Positions 10,363 through 19,832 of a DNA stretch of 64,000 nucleotides are shown piece after piece. The stretch lies in assembly GCA_965212055.1 (NCBI GenBank), contig OZ243041.1, positions 736,001-800,000 on the forward strand, read 5' to 3'. This DNA comes from Fidelibacterota bacterium. Its GTDB lineage: Bacteria > Fidelibacterota > Marinisomatia > Marinisomatales > Marinisomataceae. The notes under the pieces are model-generated. The model was not told where the DNA came from, did not search any database, and saw nothing but the letters and a program-made list of their open reading frames with translations. Each line of letters starts with the position of its first letter. The first letter of the stretch is position 1. The position numbers and the translations under genes are program-made.

Positions 10363-12275
10363 TAACTAATTTCTTTTTTTGGAAGTTTTTTACCTTTAAC
10401 TAATAATTTGATATCTTTTTCATCAATCGTTTCATGTTCTAAAAGTTCGTTAGCCATTAGATGCAATAAATCTATTTTTTCTTTTAGAATTTTATGAGAA
10501 TCTTTTTGTGCATTTTTTATAATACGTACTACTTCATTATCAATATCTTGAGCGGTTTTTTCACTATAATCTCTGTGTGACTGTATTTCTCTACCTAGAA
10601 AAATTTCTTCATTCTTTTTGCCGAATGACATTGGACCTAGCTTATCACTCATTCCCCATTCACAAACCATTTTTCTAGCAATACTTGTTGCTCTTTCAAT
10701 ATCATTTGACGCACCTGTTGTAATTTCATTAAAAATTATTTCTTCTGCAGATCTACCGCCCATCATTACGGCAAGTCTACCTATAATATATTTTTTTGAA
10801 TATCCGTGTTTTTCATCCAAGGGTAACTGCATAGTAACACCAAGAGCTCTTCCTCGAGGAATAATTGTTACTTTGTGAACAGGATCTGCTTCAGGTGTAA
10901 AAATAGCAACAACAGCATGACCAGCTTCATGATAAGCAGTAATTTTCTTTTCATCTTCAGAAAGAATCATACTTTTTCTTTGAACACCCATAATAACTTT
11001 ATCTTTCGCGTCTTCAAAATCTTCATTATCAACACTTTTCTTTCTTTTTCTAGACGCAAGCAATGCTGCTTCATTAACAAGATTTGCTAAATCAGCTCCA
11101 ACCATACCTGGTGTTCCTTTTGCGATATCGAGTAAATTGACTGATTTTGAATTAATTTTGATTTTCTTTGTATGTATTTTTAGAATATCGTGTCTTCCAT
11201 TTAAATCAGGAATATCCACAACAACTTGTCGATCAAATCTTCCTGGTCTTAACAATGCAGAGTCAAGAACATCAGGTCTATTGGTAGCAGCCATTACAAT
11301 GACATTGTGATTATTTTCAAAACCATCCAACTCTACTAGAAGTTGGTTTAATGTTTGTTCTCTCTCATCATGTCCTCCACCTAATCCAGCACCTCTTTGT
11401 CTTCCTACAGCATCCAATTCATCTATAAATATAATTGAAGGAGCATGTTCCTTTGCTTGCTTAAACAGGTCTCTTACTCTTGAAGCACCAACTCCTACAA
11501 ACATTTCAACAAATTCAGCTCCACTAATATTTAGAAATGGAACACTTGCTTCTCCAGCAACAGCTCTAGCTAATAAAGTTTTACCAGTTCCAGGAGGACC
11601 AACTAATAAAACACCTTTTGGTATTTTTCCTCCAAGCTTTTGGAATTTTTTAGGACTTTTAAGATATAGAATTACTTCTTCTAGTTCTTCTTTTGCTTCT
11701 ACACAACCAGCAACATCTAAAAATTTAACTTTTGGAAGATTTGAAGAAAACATCTTGGCTTTACTTTTACCAAAACTGAACACATTGTTCATACCGCTAT
11801 TTGCATTCTGCATTCTTCTGATCATAAATATCCAAAATCCAATCAAAAGTAACCAAGGTGCAAATCCTAATAACGTGCGAGTCCAATTAATTTTTTCTCC
11901 TTCAAAATTGTATGTAATACCTGCTTCTTCCCATAATTCTATTTGTGCAGAATAGTCCGATGGTAAATACACAACAAATTTTGTTGTAGGTTGTTTATGA
12001 GTAATTCCATTTTTATCCTCAAGATTCTGTTCTTCTTCTAATGTCCCATGGAAAGAGTTATCTTTTCCGATGGTGGCACTTTTTACTTCTTTATTTGATA
12101 ATTTTTGTTGATAAGAATTATATGAAATTTCGACTTCATTATTCATATCATTAGGTAAAATATATAGCGCGAAGATTACAAAGGAGAGAATTGCCATCCA
12201 TATTAATGGACTAGAGTTGCTCGGTTTTTGTTTGGGCTTTAAATTCTTTTTTGTTCTTTTTTTTGTTTTTGGCAT
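10362..12275 (-). CDS. ftsH: ATP-dependent zinc metalloprotease FtsH
   Basis: Two TMs, [32 protein letters not shown] 12275 preferred over TTG 12284. Confidence 0.98.
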   Translation of the reverse strand: MPKTKKRTKKNLKPKQKPSNSSPLIWMAILSFVIFALYILPNDMNNEVEISYNSYQQKLSNKEVKSATIGKDNSFHGTLEEEQNLEDKNGITHKQPTTKFVVYLPSDYSAQIELWEEAGITYNFEGEKINWTRTLLGFAPWLLLIGFWIFMIRRMQNANSGMNNVFSFGKSKAKMFSSNLPKVKFLDVAGCVEAKEELEEVILYLKSPKKFQKLGGKIPKGVLLVGPPGTGKTLLARAVAGEASVPFLNISGAEFVEMFVGVGASRVRDLFKQAKEHAPSIIFIDELDAVGRQRGAGLGGGHDEREQTLNQLLVELDGFENNHNVIVMAATNRPDVLDSALLRPGRFDRQVVVDIPDLNGRHDILKIHTKKIKINSKSVNLLDIAKGTPGMVGADLANLVNEAALLASRKRKKSVDNEDFEDAKDKVIMGVQRKSMILSEDEKKITAYHEAGHAVVAIFTPEADPVHKVTIIPRGRALGVTMQLPLDEKHGYSKKYIIGRLAVMMGGRSAEEIIFNEITTGASNDIERATSIARKMVCEWGMSDKLGPMSFGKKNEEIFLGREIQSHRDYSEKTAQDIDNEVVRIIKNAQKDSHKILKEKIDLLHLMANELLEHETIDEKDIKLLVKGKKLPKKEIS

Positions 12276-12311
12276 AGGGGACAAATTTAATAAAAATGGC
12301 TATTAAAGAAA

Positions 12312-13652
12312 CTATTTCCTCAAGAAATTCAATCTAGCAATTACTTTGCTATTTCTGGTTAATCGATAATTATTATTTATTCTTTCTCCTGCAACCCAAA
12401 TAATATCATTGTTATTACAAACTGCTAATATTTCTGATTTTTTCACTAAAGATATCTTATTATCAGTTAAATAATCATTAACTTTTTTTGTTCCATCCAT
12501 TCCTAGAGGACTAAATTTATCATCCCTATTGATACTTCTTAATACTAATGGACTCTTAAAGTTTGTTGCATCTACATACTCAATATCAGAATTATTAGAA
12601 AAATTTTTAGGTTTTTTATCGTAATTCCAACAAAAATAGAAATTATCATTCTCTATTGCTCTTCCTTCCTCTACTTCACAATATATGTCATCTTTGATCA
12701 TGTTTGAGGTAAGAACAATGAATTCTCTATCAACTGTAATAAGAAAATCATTAATAATTTTAGTACTACCAATCACTTGTTTATCTAAGAAGAACTTTAG
12801 TTCTCTAAGTAAATTTTTGGAAAAATAGAACTTTCTTTTTTCTGATGCTATTGTTCTCAAAATATTAATCTTCATTAAAAAAGGAAGTGTTAGAAAATAT
12901 TCCTTTTCTATATAAATTGTTTTTTCGTTTATTGTAACATAATTAGAATTAATAAATTCTTTTGTTGAAAAATCAAGCAAATCATTTACATCACTAATTT
13001 TATCTTCTAAATCTTTGAAAGGACTATTGAGATTTGGCTTAATCTTTTCTAATAAAGGAATTATCTTTTTTCTCAAAAAATTTCTTGTTAAAGATAAATC
13101 GTTGTTTGTTGGATCCAGACCGTAATTAATTTTATGCTCTTTGGCATACAATTTAATTTCCTCTTTCGGAATATCAATCATTGGTCTAAATACCACATTA
13201 TTTAGAGTTTTAATACCCATAATTGATTCAAGGCTGGATGAATTTAAAATTCTCATCAAAGCCGTCTCTACTTGATCATCGAAATGATGTGCAGTAAGAA
13301 TATAATCTGCATCAATTTTCTTCTGTATTTTCTCTAGTTCATTGTATCTTTTTTTTCTTAATTGTGATTCCACATTATTTTTCAATAGTCTTTTTTTAAG
13401 TACGACGTTAAAATATTCAAGATTATTTTTATTGCAATATTCAGATACAATCTGCGACATCTTCAAGCTTTTAGCATGATAGTTATGATTTATATGACAA
13501 ACAGATAACCTACAATTTAATTGAGACTGATTTCTATTAAAGAAATCCAACATCACCATTGAATCTATTCCACCTGAAACAGCTAATAAAAAGTGTAAAT
13601 GACTATTTTCTGAGGATAATTCTTTGGTTTTATTAATAATCTTATTTTTCAT
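12312..13652 (-). CDS. tilS: tRNA(Ile)-lysidine synthetase
   Basis: AVSGGIDS, TAHHFDDQVET, RNFLR, C-terminal TilS-C domain (GTKKVNDYLTD). Confidence 0.93.
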   Translation of the reverse strand: MKNKIINKTKELSSENSHLHFLLAVSGGIDSMVMLDFFNRNQSQLNCRLSVCHINHNYHAKSLKMSQIVSEYCNKNNLEYFNVVLKKRLLKNNVESQLRKKRYNELEKIQKKIDADYILTAHHFDDQVETALMRILNSSSLESIMGIKTLNNVVFRPMIDIPKEEIKLYAKEHKINYGLDPTNNDLSLTRNFLRKKIIPLLEKIKPNLNSPFKDLEDKISDVNDLLDFSTKEFINSNYVTINEKTIYIEKEYFLTLPFLMKINILRTIASEKRKFYFSKNLLRELKFFLDKQVIGSTKIINDFLITVDREFIVLTSNMIKDDIYCEVEEGRAIENDNFYFCWNYDKKPKNFSNNSDIEYVDATNFKSPLVLRSINRDDKFSPLGMDGTKKVNDYLTDNKISLVKKSEILAVCNNNDIIWVAGERINNNYRLTRNSKVIARLNFLRK

Positions 13653-14277
13653 CTCTTAAAAAAGGATTATACTTTAATTCTTCATATAAAGTTGTTTCTT
13701 CCCTATGCCCAGGAAGAAGTTTACAGTCCTGTTCAAAAGAATTTACAAAAAAACTAAGCGATTTTTTCATATCAATAGGATTACCAAGAGGTAAATCTGT
13801 CCTACCAATTGAACCTTTGAAAATCAAATCTCCACAAAAAACCAAATCTTCTATCACAAAACTAACACTTCCTGGAGAATGTCCAGGATTAAATATAATT
13901 GAGAAGTTAAAATTACTTATTTGGAGATTCTTCTGATCAATTTTAATCCAATGAGATACATTGGGTTTTTTTATGACATCACTCATTCCCCAATAATCTA
14001 CAGCTCTTTGAAAATTCTCAGCGATAAGTTTTTCATTCTCGCATACATATGAATCGATATTATACTTATCAATAAAATTAGAAGCACTTGCAATGTGATC
14101 GATATGAGCATGAGTTGCCAAAATTGCTAATGGCTTTAAATTATTTGACAAAATAAAGGAATCAATCAATTCAAAACCATATCCAGGATCAATTATAATA
14201 CATTCTTTATCTTCATTATAAAGTATATAAGTATTTTCCTCTAAAAGTTCTGTAACAATTCTTTCGTATTGGAACAT
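13642..14277 (-). CDS. MBL-fold metallo-hydrolase (glyoxalase II-like)
   Basis: THAHIDH, PGHSPG, GDLIF, SIGRTDL, PGH, NPFL. Confidence 0.88.
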   Translation of the reverse strand: MFQYERIVTELLEENTYILYNEDKECIIIDPGYGFELIDSFILSNNLKPLAILATHAHIDHIASASNFIDKYNIDSYVCENEKLIAENFQRAVDYWGMSDVIKKPNVSHWIKIDQKNLQISNFNFSIIFNPGHSPGSVSFVIEDLVFCGDLIFKGSIGRTDLPLGNPIDMKKSLSFFVNSFEQDCKLLPGHREETTLYEELKYNPFLRDEK

Positions 14278-15341
14278 TAGACTCTATCAAAAAAGAAATG
14301 AGATAAGGAATTGATTTTATCTTGGTAAGAGTGTGGATTTAGAAATCTTACAGTAGCAGCAATGCTTGATAGAATAGAATTTCCATCTTGAGGAGTAAAA
14401 CAAAATCCTGTTACTTCATTTCCATTTTTGACATTAATAGAATCTTCGACAACAACTGTTTGATTTAGAAGTCTTCCATATTGGCCTTGATCTCTACCAA
14501 AAGAGAAAACTGTATTTGATGAGTGATGCTCTGTTAATGCTACTCTTTTATCCCGTTGCAGTAAGTGTAAAACTTTTTCTTTATCGGTTTGCTCTTTTAA
14601 CTCCAGATTAAACCAAACAACATGCATATATTGACTATTTACCTTTAATGCAGAAGAAAAAAGATTTAAATCAAGATCCATTGTCTTAAATAGTCCTGCT
14701 GCATCTTTTGCATGATGGGTACCATAAATATTATCATCATGATCATTGACTGTAGGAGCAGGAACAAAACTTGAAGTTTGGCTAATATCATTACTTCTTC
14801 TAATACATAAAAATTTTCCACTCACAAGATTATCTGGAGCAATACTTAAAGCTATTGTATTGACTAGACACGCAAGATTATGAGTATTACATGAAACAAT
14901 CTGTAAAAATTGATCTTCTTTTGTAATTACATGATCATTAATTCCTCTTGCATATTTTTTTCCAAAACCATCTTCACTGCCTTGTGCAAGAAAGCCTTTT
15001 ACTTTATCGGTGTATTTTCCATAGAATGCTTTCTTATTAGCATGACCAAATCCTTTAGGGGTACAATCAATCACTACAGAAGCTCTTGCAACAGCTTCTT
15101 CTAGGGTAAATTCAGGCTCCAGACCAATTGCTTTAAAATCATCAATTCTATCTTCAATAACTGACAGTCTTGCTCCTTTTTTTATCAAATTGAGTATTTT
15201 TGGTTTATCACTTGTTAACGGACTATGTTTGTGAAATGTTATCTCATCAATTCCAAGATTACTTTTTTGCTCACATAAGATTCCAATTAGTGGTTCACCA
15301 ATTGTGCCAGTACCTACTACATGTACAATTTTTCTTTCCAT
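14277..15341 (-). CDS. Divergent archaeal-type (class II) glyceraldehyde-3-phosphate dehydrogenase-like protein
   Basis: GTGTIG Rossmann motif, VIDCTPKG, AQG, VSCNT, RRSND, THH, MH: the motif series of archaeal GAPDH. Confidence 0.72.
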   Translation of the reverse strand: MERKIVHVVGTGTIGEPLIGILCEQKSNLGIDEITFHKHSPLTSDKPKILNLIKKGARLSVIEDRIDDFKAIGLEPEFTLEEAVARASVVIDCTPKGFGHANKKAFYGKYTDKVKGFLAQGSEDGFGKKYARGINDHVITKEDQFLQIVSCNTHNLACLVNTIALSIAPDNLVSGKFLCIRRSNDISQTSSFVPAPTVNDHDDNIYGTHHAKDAAGLFKTMDLDLNLFSSALKVNSQYMHVVWFNLELKEQTDKEKVLHLLQRDKRVALTEHHSSNTVFSFGRDQGQYGRLLNQTVVVEDSINVKNGNEVTGFCFTPQDGNSILSSIAATVRFLNPHSYQDKINSLSHFFFDRV

Positions 15342-15365
15342 TTTTCTCTTAAAACTCCCCTTTAT

Positions 15366-15470
15366 TTAGTCTGTTTTTTTAAATGCTATAATATTTACAA
15401 TAAACCAAGCAACAATTGCAAAAAATACAACAAATAATGCTGCTAAAAAATAATTCAAAAAATTAGGCAT
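15366..15470 (-). CDS. ccmD: Small single-TM protein, CcmD-like (34 aa)
   Basis: MPNFLNYFLAALFVVFFAIVAWFIVNIIAFKKTD; overlaps the ccmC stop; TM helix followed by basic residues. Call rests mostly on position. Confidence 0.65.
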   Translation of the reverse strand: MPNFLNYFLAALFVVFFAIVAWFIVNIIAFKKTD

Positions 15471-16107
15471 AATTGTCCTTCTTATCTTTGGAATATAAAA
15501 CTCTTATTTTGAATAATAACATAGTAAAAAAAAGAATTGTAAAAGAAAATAAAGAAAACAAAAAAGGACGGAAAACACCTTTAGGCAATTCTGACATTAT
15601 TCTTTGAGGATGAGATTGAATATTTGCAGCCCAAAAATCAACTGACGCAAAAATTATGGGAATATCGAGAAATGCTATAATACCAACAATAGCACATATT
15701 AGCGCTACTCTCTGTCTATATAAACCAACATTTCTTAAGGTAAAGTATCCTACATAAATAAGAAATAAAACTAGAGTTGTTATCAATCTTGGTTCCCATA
15801 TCCAAGGCTTCCCCCAAGCAGGAATTGCCCAAATAGGACCAGTTATCAATACCAAACCAGTAAATAATGTGCCAATTTCAGCCGCTGCATGACCTATTCT
15901 ATCATACTTAAGATTTCTAGATACAAGATATAGGATGCCTGCAAGCATCACAAAGAAATAAGCTAAAAAACCGACCCAAGCTAACGGAACATGGATATAG
16001 AATATTTTTTGTGCCCAAAGCATATCCGTTATCACTTCCAAAGAAACAATCTGAATCAGATTGAAGGCCATTAAAATTATGGATAATATAAATAAGGCTA
16101 AGTTCAT
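15463..16107 (-). CDS. ccmC: Heme exporter protein C
   Basis: YIHVP, Trp-rich GPIWAIPAWGKPWIWEPRL, SHP. Confidence 0.92.
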   Translation of the reverse strand: MNLALFILSIILMAFNLIQIVSLEVITDMLWAQKIFYIHVPLAWVGFLAYFFVMLAGILYLVSRNLKYDRIGHAAAEIGTLFTGLVLITGPIWAIPAWGKPWIWEPRLITTLVLFLIYVGYFTLRNVGLYRQRVALICAIVGIIAFLDIPIIFASVDFWAANIQSHPQRIMSELPKGVFRPFLFSLFSFTILFFTMLLFKIRVLYSKDKKDNYA

Positions 16108-16766
16108 CAGTATTTAACCAGTTTATCAAAAAAATTGATACCAAAAATAATTGAAATAAGTGCAAAAGTTAATAACAAGAAACCTGATTCGTTATATAAA
16201 GATATTTTTTCATCTACAATAGTTAGAACAAATACATTAGATGAATGAATAAGGATAGGAACAATAAGAGGAAATAAGATTAAAGGAAATAAAAAACTCC
16301 TAATATTACTTAAACTGGTAACTAGATAAATCAGTATTCCTAGACTAAGTAATCCTACATTTGATAACAAACAAAGGACTAAAATTTTGAAAGCTAATAC
16401 GATTGTTATTTTCTCAGAAATTAAAATATATCCTAAAAGAAGAAATGATTCTATTCCAAGCAATATTAATGAAAATGCGATTACCTTAGCTATAAATATC
16501 ATAAACTTTTCTGCAGGAGATGAATAAATTAAATCATAAATACCATATTCTTTCTCTCTTACAAAAGAGTTTTCAATTAATTTGATAGAGACTAAAGATA
16601 CAATAATCCAGAAAAATGCAGACAAGATGGTAATATCATATAATTTTGATGGTGGGAGAGCAAAAAACATAATTGCCAAACATGAAAAAGAAAAAAAAGT
16701 CATATAAAATAAGTTATTAGATGATTTTCTTTCAAAGAAAAATTCATTTTTAATTAGATTAATCAT
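16107..16766 (-). CDS. ccmB: Heme exporter protein B
   Basis: About six TMs, FVREKEYG, LFPLILFPLIVP; lies between ccmA and ccmC. Confidence 0.85.
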   Translation of the reverse strand: MINLIKNEFFFERKSSNNLFYMTFFSFSCLAIMFFALPPSKLYDITILSAFFWIIVSLVSIKLIENSFVREKEYGIYDLIYSSPAEKFMIFIAKVIAFSLILLGIESFLLLGYILISEKITIVLAFKILVLCLLSNVGLLSLGILIYLVTSLSNIRSFLFPLILFPLIVPILIHSSNVFVLTIVDEKISLYNESGFLLLTFALISIIFGINFFDKLVKY

Positions 16767-17364
16767 TATAATAAATTTTCCCGTCTTTTATACCAATTGA
16801 TTTGTCACATATATCAGAAACACTCGAAAGATTATGAGTTGAAAACAAAATAGTTTTATTCTGAATTTTTAGTTCCGAAAAAATTGTTTTGAAAACAGAG
16901 AAACCATTATCATCCAAGTTAGAAAATGGTTCATCAATGAATAAATATTGCCAATCAAGATTTAATGCAATTAATAGTTTGTTACGTTGAAGATTCCCTG
17001 TTGAAAAATATTTCAAAGGAATAGATTGCATATTATCTAATCCTAAGGTTGTAATAAATTTATTATATCTATTGAAATCAATTTTTTGGTTATAAATGGA
17101 TAAAATACATTTGAGATTTTCTTTGATATTCAAATCTCCAAATATATTTGGTTTATCATTAATAAAAACAAACTGATTATTGTTATAGTTAATCTTACCA
17201 TTATCAATATTGATAATATTGGCTAAACATTTCAACATGGTAGTCTTTCCAGATCCGTTTTCACCTAATAGTGCAATAATCTCTCCTTGTTTAAATGTGC
17301 ATGAAACATTGTCGATAACACAGAGGTTTGAAAAAGATTTGCTAAGATTTTTTACTTCTAACAT
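16759..17364 (-). CDS. ccmA: Heme ABC exporter ATP-binding protein
   Basis: GENGSGKTT, LFIDEPF, STH. ATG 17364 (MLEVKNL) preferred, coupled by TAATG to the upstream micro-ORF. Confidence 0.8.
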   Translation of the reverse strand: MLEVKNLSKSFSNLCVIDNVSCTFKQGEIIALLGENGSGKTTMLKCLANIINIDNGKINYNNNQFVFINDKPNIFGDLNIKENLKCILSIYNQKIDFNRYNKFITTLGLDNMQSIPLKYFSTGNLQRNKLLIALNLDWQYLFIDEPFSNLDDNGFSVFKTIFSELKIQNKTILFSTHNLSSVSDICDKSIGIKDGKIYYND

Positions 17365-17453
17365 TATTTCAATTTTTTTAATAGCGGATAGAAAACATAC
17401 AAAACAATTATCAAACAAAATGAAAAAATAAAAATTTGATTAAACAGTTCCAT
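17364..17453 (-). CDS. 29-aa single-TM micro-protein within the ccm operon
   Basis: MELFNQIFIFSFCLIIVLYVFYPLLKKLK; start overlaps the ccmF end and stop overlaps the ccmA ATG. Confidence 0.6.
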   Translation of the reverse strand: MELFNQIFIFSFCLIIVLYVFYPLLKKLK

Positions 17454-19422
17454 GGTCTCTCCTTGAAGATGGCCAAAACGCAAATAAAGCTCCAAATATT
17501 ATTACGATACCTCCAATCCATACCCAGTTAACAAGAGGATTAATCATGATCTTGAAATATGCTTCATTTTTCTTAGGATCATAAGATGAAAATACAGAAT
17601 ATATATCCTTGTTCAGTGTACTATGTATATCAAGTTCGCTATGAGGCTGACGCTTATCAGGATCTGGATTCCGATGAAAATAAATTCTTTTTTCAGGATG
17701 CAAAGTTGTTATATAATCACCCTCGTTATTCCATACCTCCATATCACTAATAAATGCAAAATGATTATCTCTTTCTTCGCTTGTAACATTATTTAGTATA
17801 AATTTATAATCTGTAAGAGATGTCGAGCCACCTGGTCTCAATACAAATTCTTTTTCTACTTCGAATGCTCTTCCAACAAATCCAACAAACAACAATGTTA
17901 TACCAATATGAACTATGTATCCTCCGTTTTTATGACGATTTTTGGATAAAAGCTGTAGAATGGTCTTGGAAAGCGAGTTATTGTTGTTATATGAACTTCT
18001 AAATGATTTTTGCAGTTCTCCTATAATTGATGTCAAGGTAAATACAATCCCCATGGATGTAATAAACGGATAAATTTTAAATTCATCGGTAAAAATCATA
18101 TAAAATAATCCTGAAATAAAACTTAGAATCATTGGAATACTAAAATTCGAAATTAATGTAGAACTAGACGTATTCTTCCAAGATAATAGAGGTCCAATTC
18201 CCATTAAAAATAAAAGTACAATTCCTATAGGTACATTTAACTGATTAAAATAATTTGCACCTATATGAATCTTATTTCCATCCCAAGCTTCTGATATAAT
18301 GGGAAACAAAGTACCCCACAAGATAATAAAACACATAATCAATAAAATTAGATTATTATATAAAAATCCTCCTTCTCTTGATGTAAAAGATTCAATTTTA
18401 TCTCTTGATTGTAATGAGTGATATCGTTTGAAAAACCAAAAGCCTGTCAACAATATTAATAGTAATAGAAAAGTGAAAAACAAAGGGCCCAATGATTCAG
18501 CAGTAAAGGAGTGGACCGATGAAATAATTCCACTTCTAGTAATAAATGTTCCAAGAATCACAAATAAATATGTTGAAGATGCTAAAAGAACATTCCATGT
18601 TTTTAACATACCTCTTTTTTCTTGTATAATTGATGAATGAATGAATGCAGTCAACATAAGCCAAGGCATTAAAGAAGAATTTTCTACAGGATCCCAAGCC
18701 CAATAGCCACCCCATCCAAGTTCATTATATGCCCAATAGCCACCTAAGATGATTCCAGCTGACAAAAATGTCCAAATGATAAGTGCCCATAATCTTATAG
18801 AACTAATCCATTTATGATTTATTTGATTTGCAATCAGGGCAGACAACGTCATCACAAAAATAATGCTCGTACCAACAAAACCTAGATAAAGAATTGGTGG
18901 ATGTATTGCCATTGTTACATTTTGTAACAAAGGATTTAGACCATTCCCATTCTGAACAATAATATCTAAGGAAACCGGTTCAAAAGGATTTGCTATAAAA
19001 TTCGATAAAGCAAGAAAAAAACCAAAGATGAAAGCAAGAATTAAATATGAAGCATATTTTAGTTCTTTGATTCTCTTCAAGGTAGATAGGATATAGATTA
19101 ATGAATATATTGACATAATAAACGACCAAAAAAGTAGCGAACCTGCCTGACCTGCCCATAAAGATGTTACTTTAAAGAACATAGGAGTTTCATAACTTGT
19201 ATACTGTGCTACATATTGTAAATTAAAATTACTAATCAATAATTCATTCAAGAGACAAATTGTAGATAAGATTATAGATAAACATGTAGCAATAATAGCA
19301 CGTTCAGATAAATCAATAAAAATCTTATTCTTAGTAAAACGATAATAGAATAAAAAGAAAAAAGTAGATAAAATTAAGCCACTTGCAATATTTAAGGCTA
19401 AACTTCCAATTTGAGATATCAT
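17440..19422 (-). CDS. ccmF: Cytochrome c biogenesis heme lyase CcmF
   Basis: WAGQAGSLL, GLNPLLQ, HPP, WGGYWAWDPVENSS, TRSG, SVHSF, NPLVNWVWIGG. Confidence 0.96.
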   Translation of the reverse strand: MISQIGSLALNIASGLILSTFFFLFYYRFTKNKIFIDLSERAIIATCLSIILSTICLLNELLISNFNLQYVAQYTSYETPMFFKVTSLWAGQAGSLLFWSFIMSIYSLIYILSTLKRIKELKYASYLILAFIFGFFLALSNFIANPFEPVSLDIIVQNGNGLNPLLQNVTMAIHPPILYLGFVGTSIIFVMTLSALIANQINHKWISSIRLWALIIWTFLSAGIILGGYWAYNELGWGGYWAWDPVENSSLMPWLMLTAFIHSSIIQEKRGMLKTWNVLLASSTYLFVILGTFITRSGIISSVHSFTAESLGPLFFTFLLLLILLTGFWFFKRYHSLQSRDKIESFTSREGGFLYNNLILLIMCFIILWGTLFPIISEAWDGNKIHIGANYFNQLNVPIGIVLLFLMGIGPLLSWKNTSSSTLISNFSIPMILSFISGLFYMIFTDEFKIYPFITSMGIVFTLTSIIGELQKSFRSSYNNNNSLSKTILQLLSKNRHKNGGYIVHIGITLLFVGFVGRAFEVEKEFVLRPGGSTSLTDYKFILNNVTSEERDNHFAFISDMEVWNNEGDYITTLHPEKRIYFHRNPDPDKRQPHSELDIHSTLNKDIYSVFSSYDPKKNEAYFKIMINPLVNWVWIGGIVIIFGALFAFWPSSRRDHGTV

Positions 19423-19829
19423 TATATAGTATTTGTATTTTTTAAATCGCCTTCATATCTAGAAGCACATTTTGTTTGAAGTTCAGTTGCCATAATTAAG
19501 TTATTATCAAATTTCCCAGCAACTATAACTTCAGCATCATCCTTAAACAAATCTGGTCTTGTTCCGTTATAATATACCTGCAGACTATCTTCTCCTTGAT
19601 ATACATAAAACCATACTTCTAATCTATTAGATTCACTAATATTGATTGAATTTGGTTTGACAAGACCTCCTACTTTAACACTAGAAATTGACTGATTCTC
19701 TAAACTAAGTTCTTTGATTGTATAATAACGAGTGGCAATTTTTTCATCTTCTTTAATATTTGTAAGATATATGGTCCACAAAACAACCAAAGCAAAAATT
19801 AATATTAATGATGTATAAATTTTATTCAT
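19422..19829 (-). CDS. ccmE: Heme chaperone CcmE, CxxxY variant (System I*)
   Basis: N-terminal TM, VKVGGLV, PDLFK, TKCASRY. Confidence 0.9.
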   Translation of the reverse strand: MNKIYTSLILIFALVVLWTIYLTNIKEDEKIATRYYTIKELSLENQSISSVKVGGLVKPNSINISESNRLEVWFYVYQGEDSLQVYYNGTRPDLFKDDAEVIVAGKFDNNLIMATELQTKCASRYEGDLKNTNTI

Positions 19830-19832
19830 TTT

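Noticed and set aside
17365..17418. Extended ccmA N-terminus (MFDNCFVC...) from the ORF track
   Set aside because: The ABC domain begins at MLEVKNL (17364); the region is better explained by the 29-aa micro-ORF in another frame.
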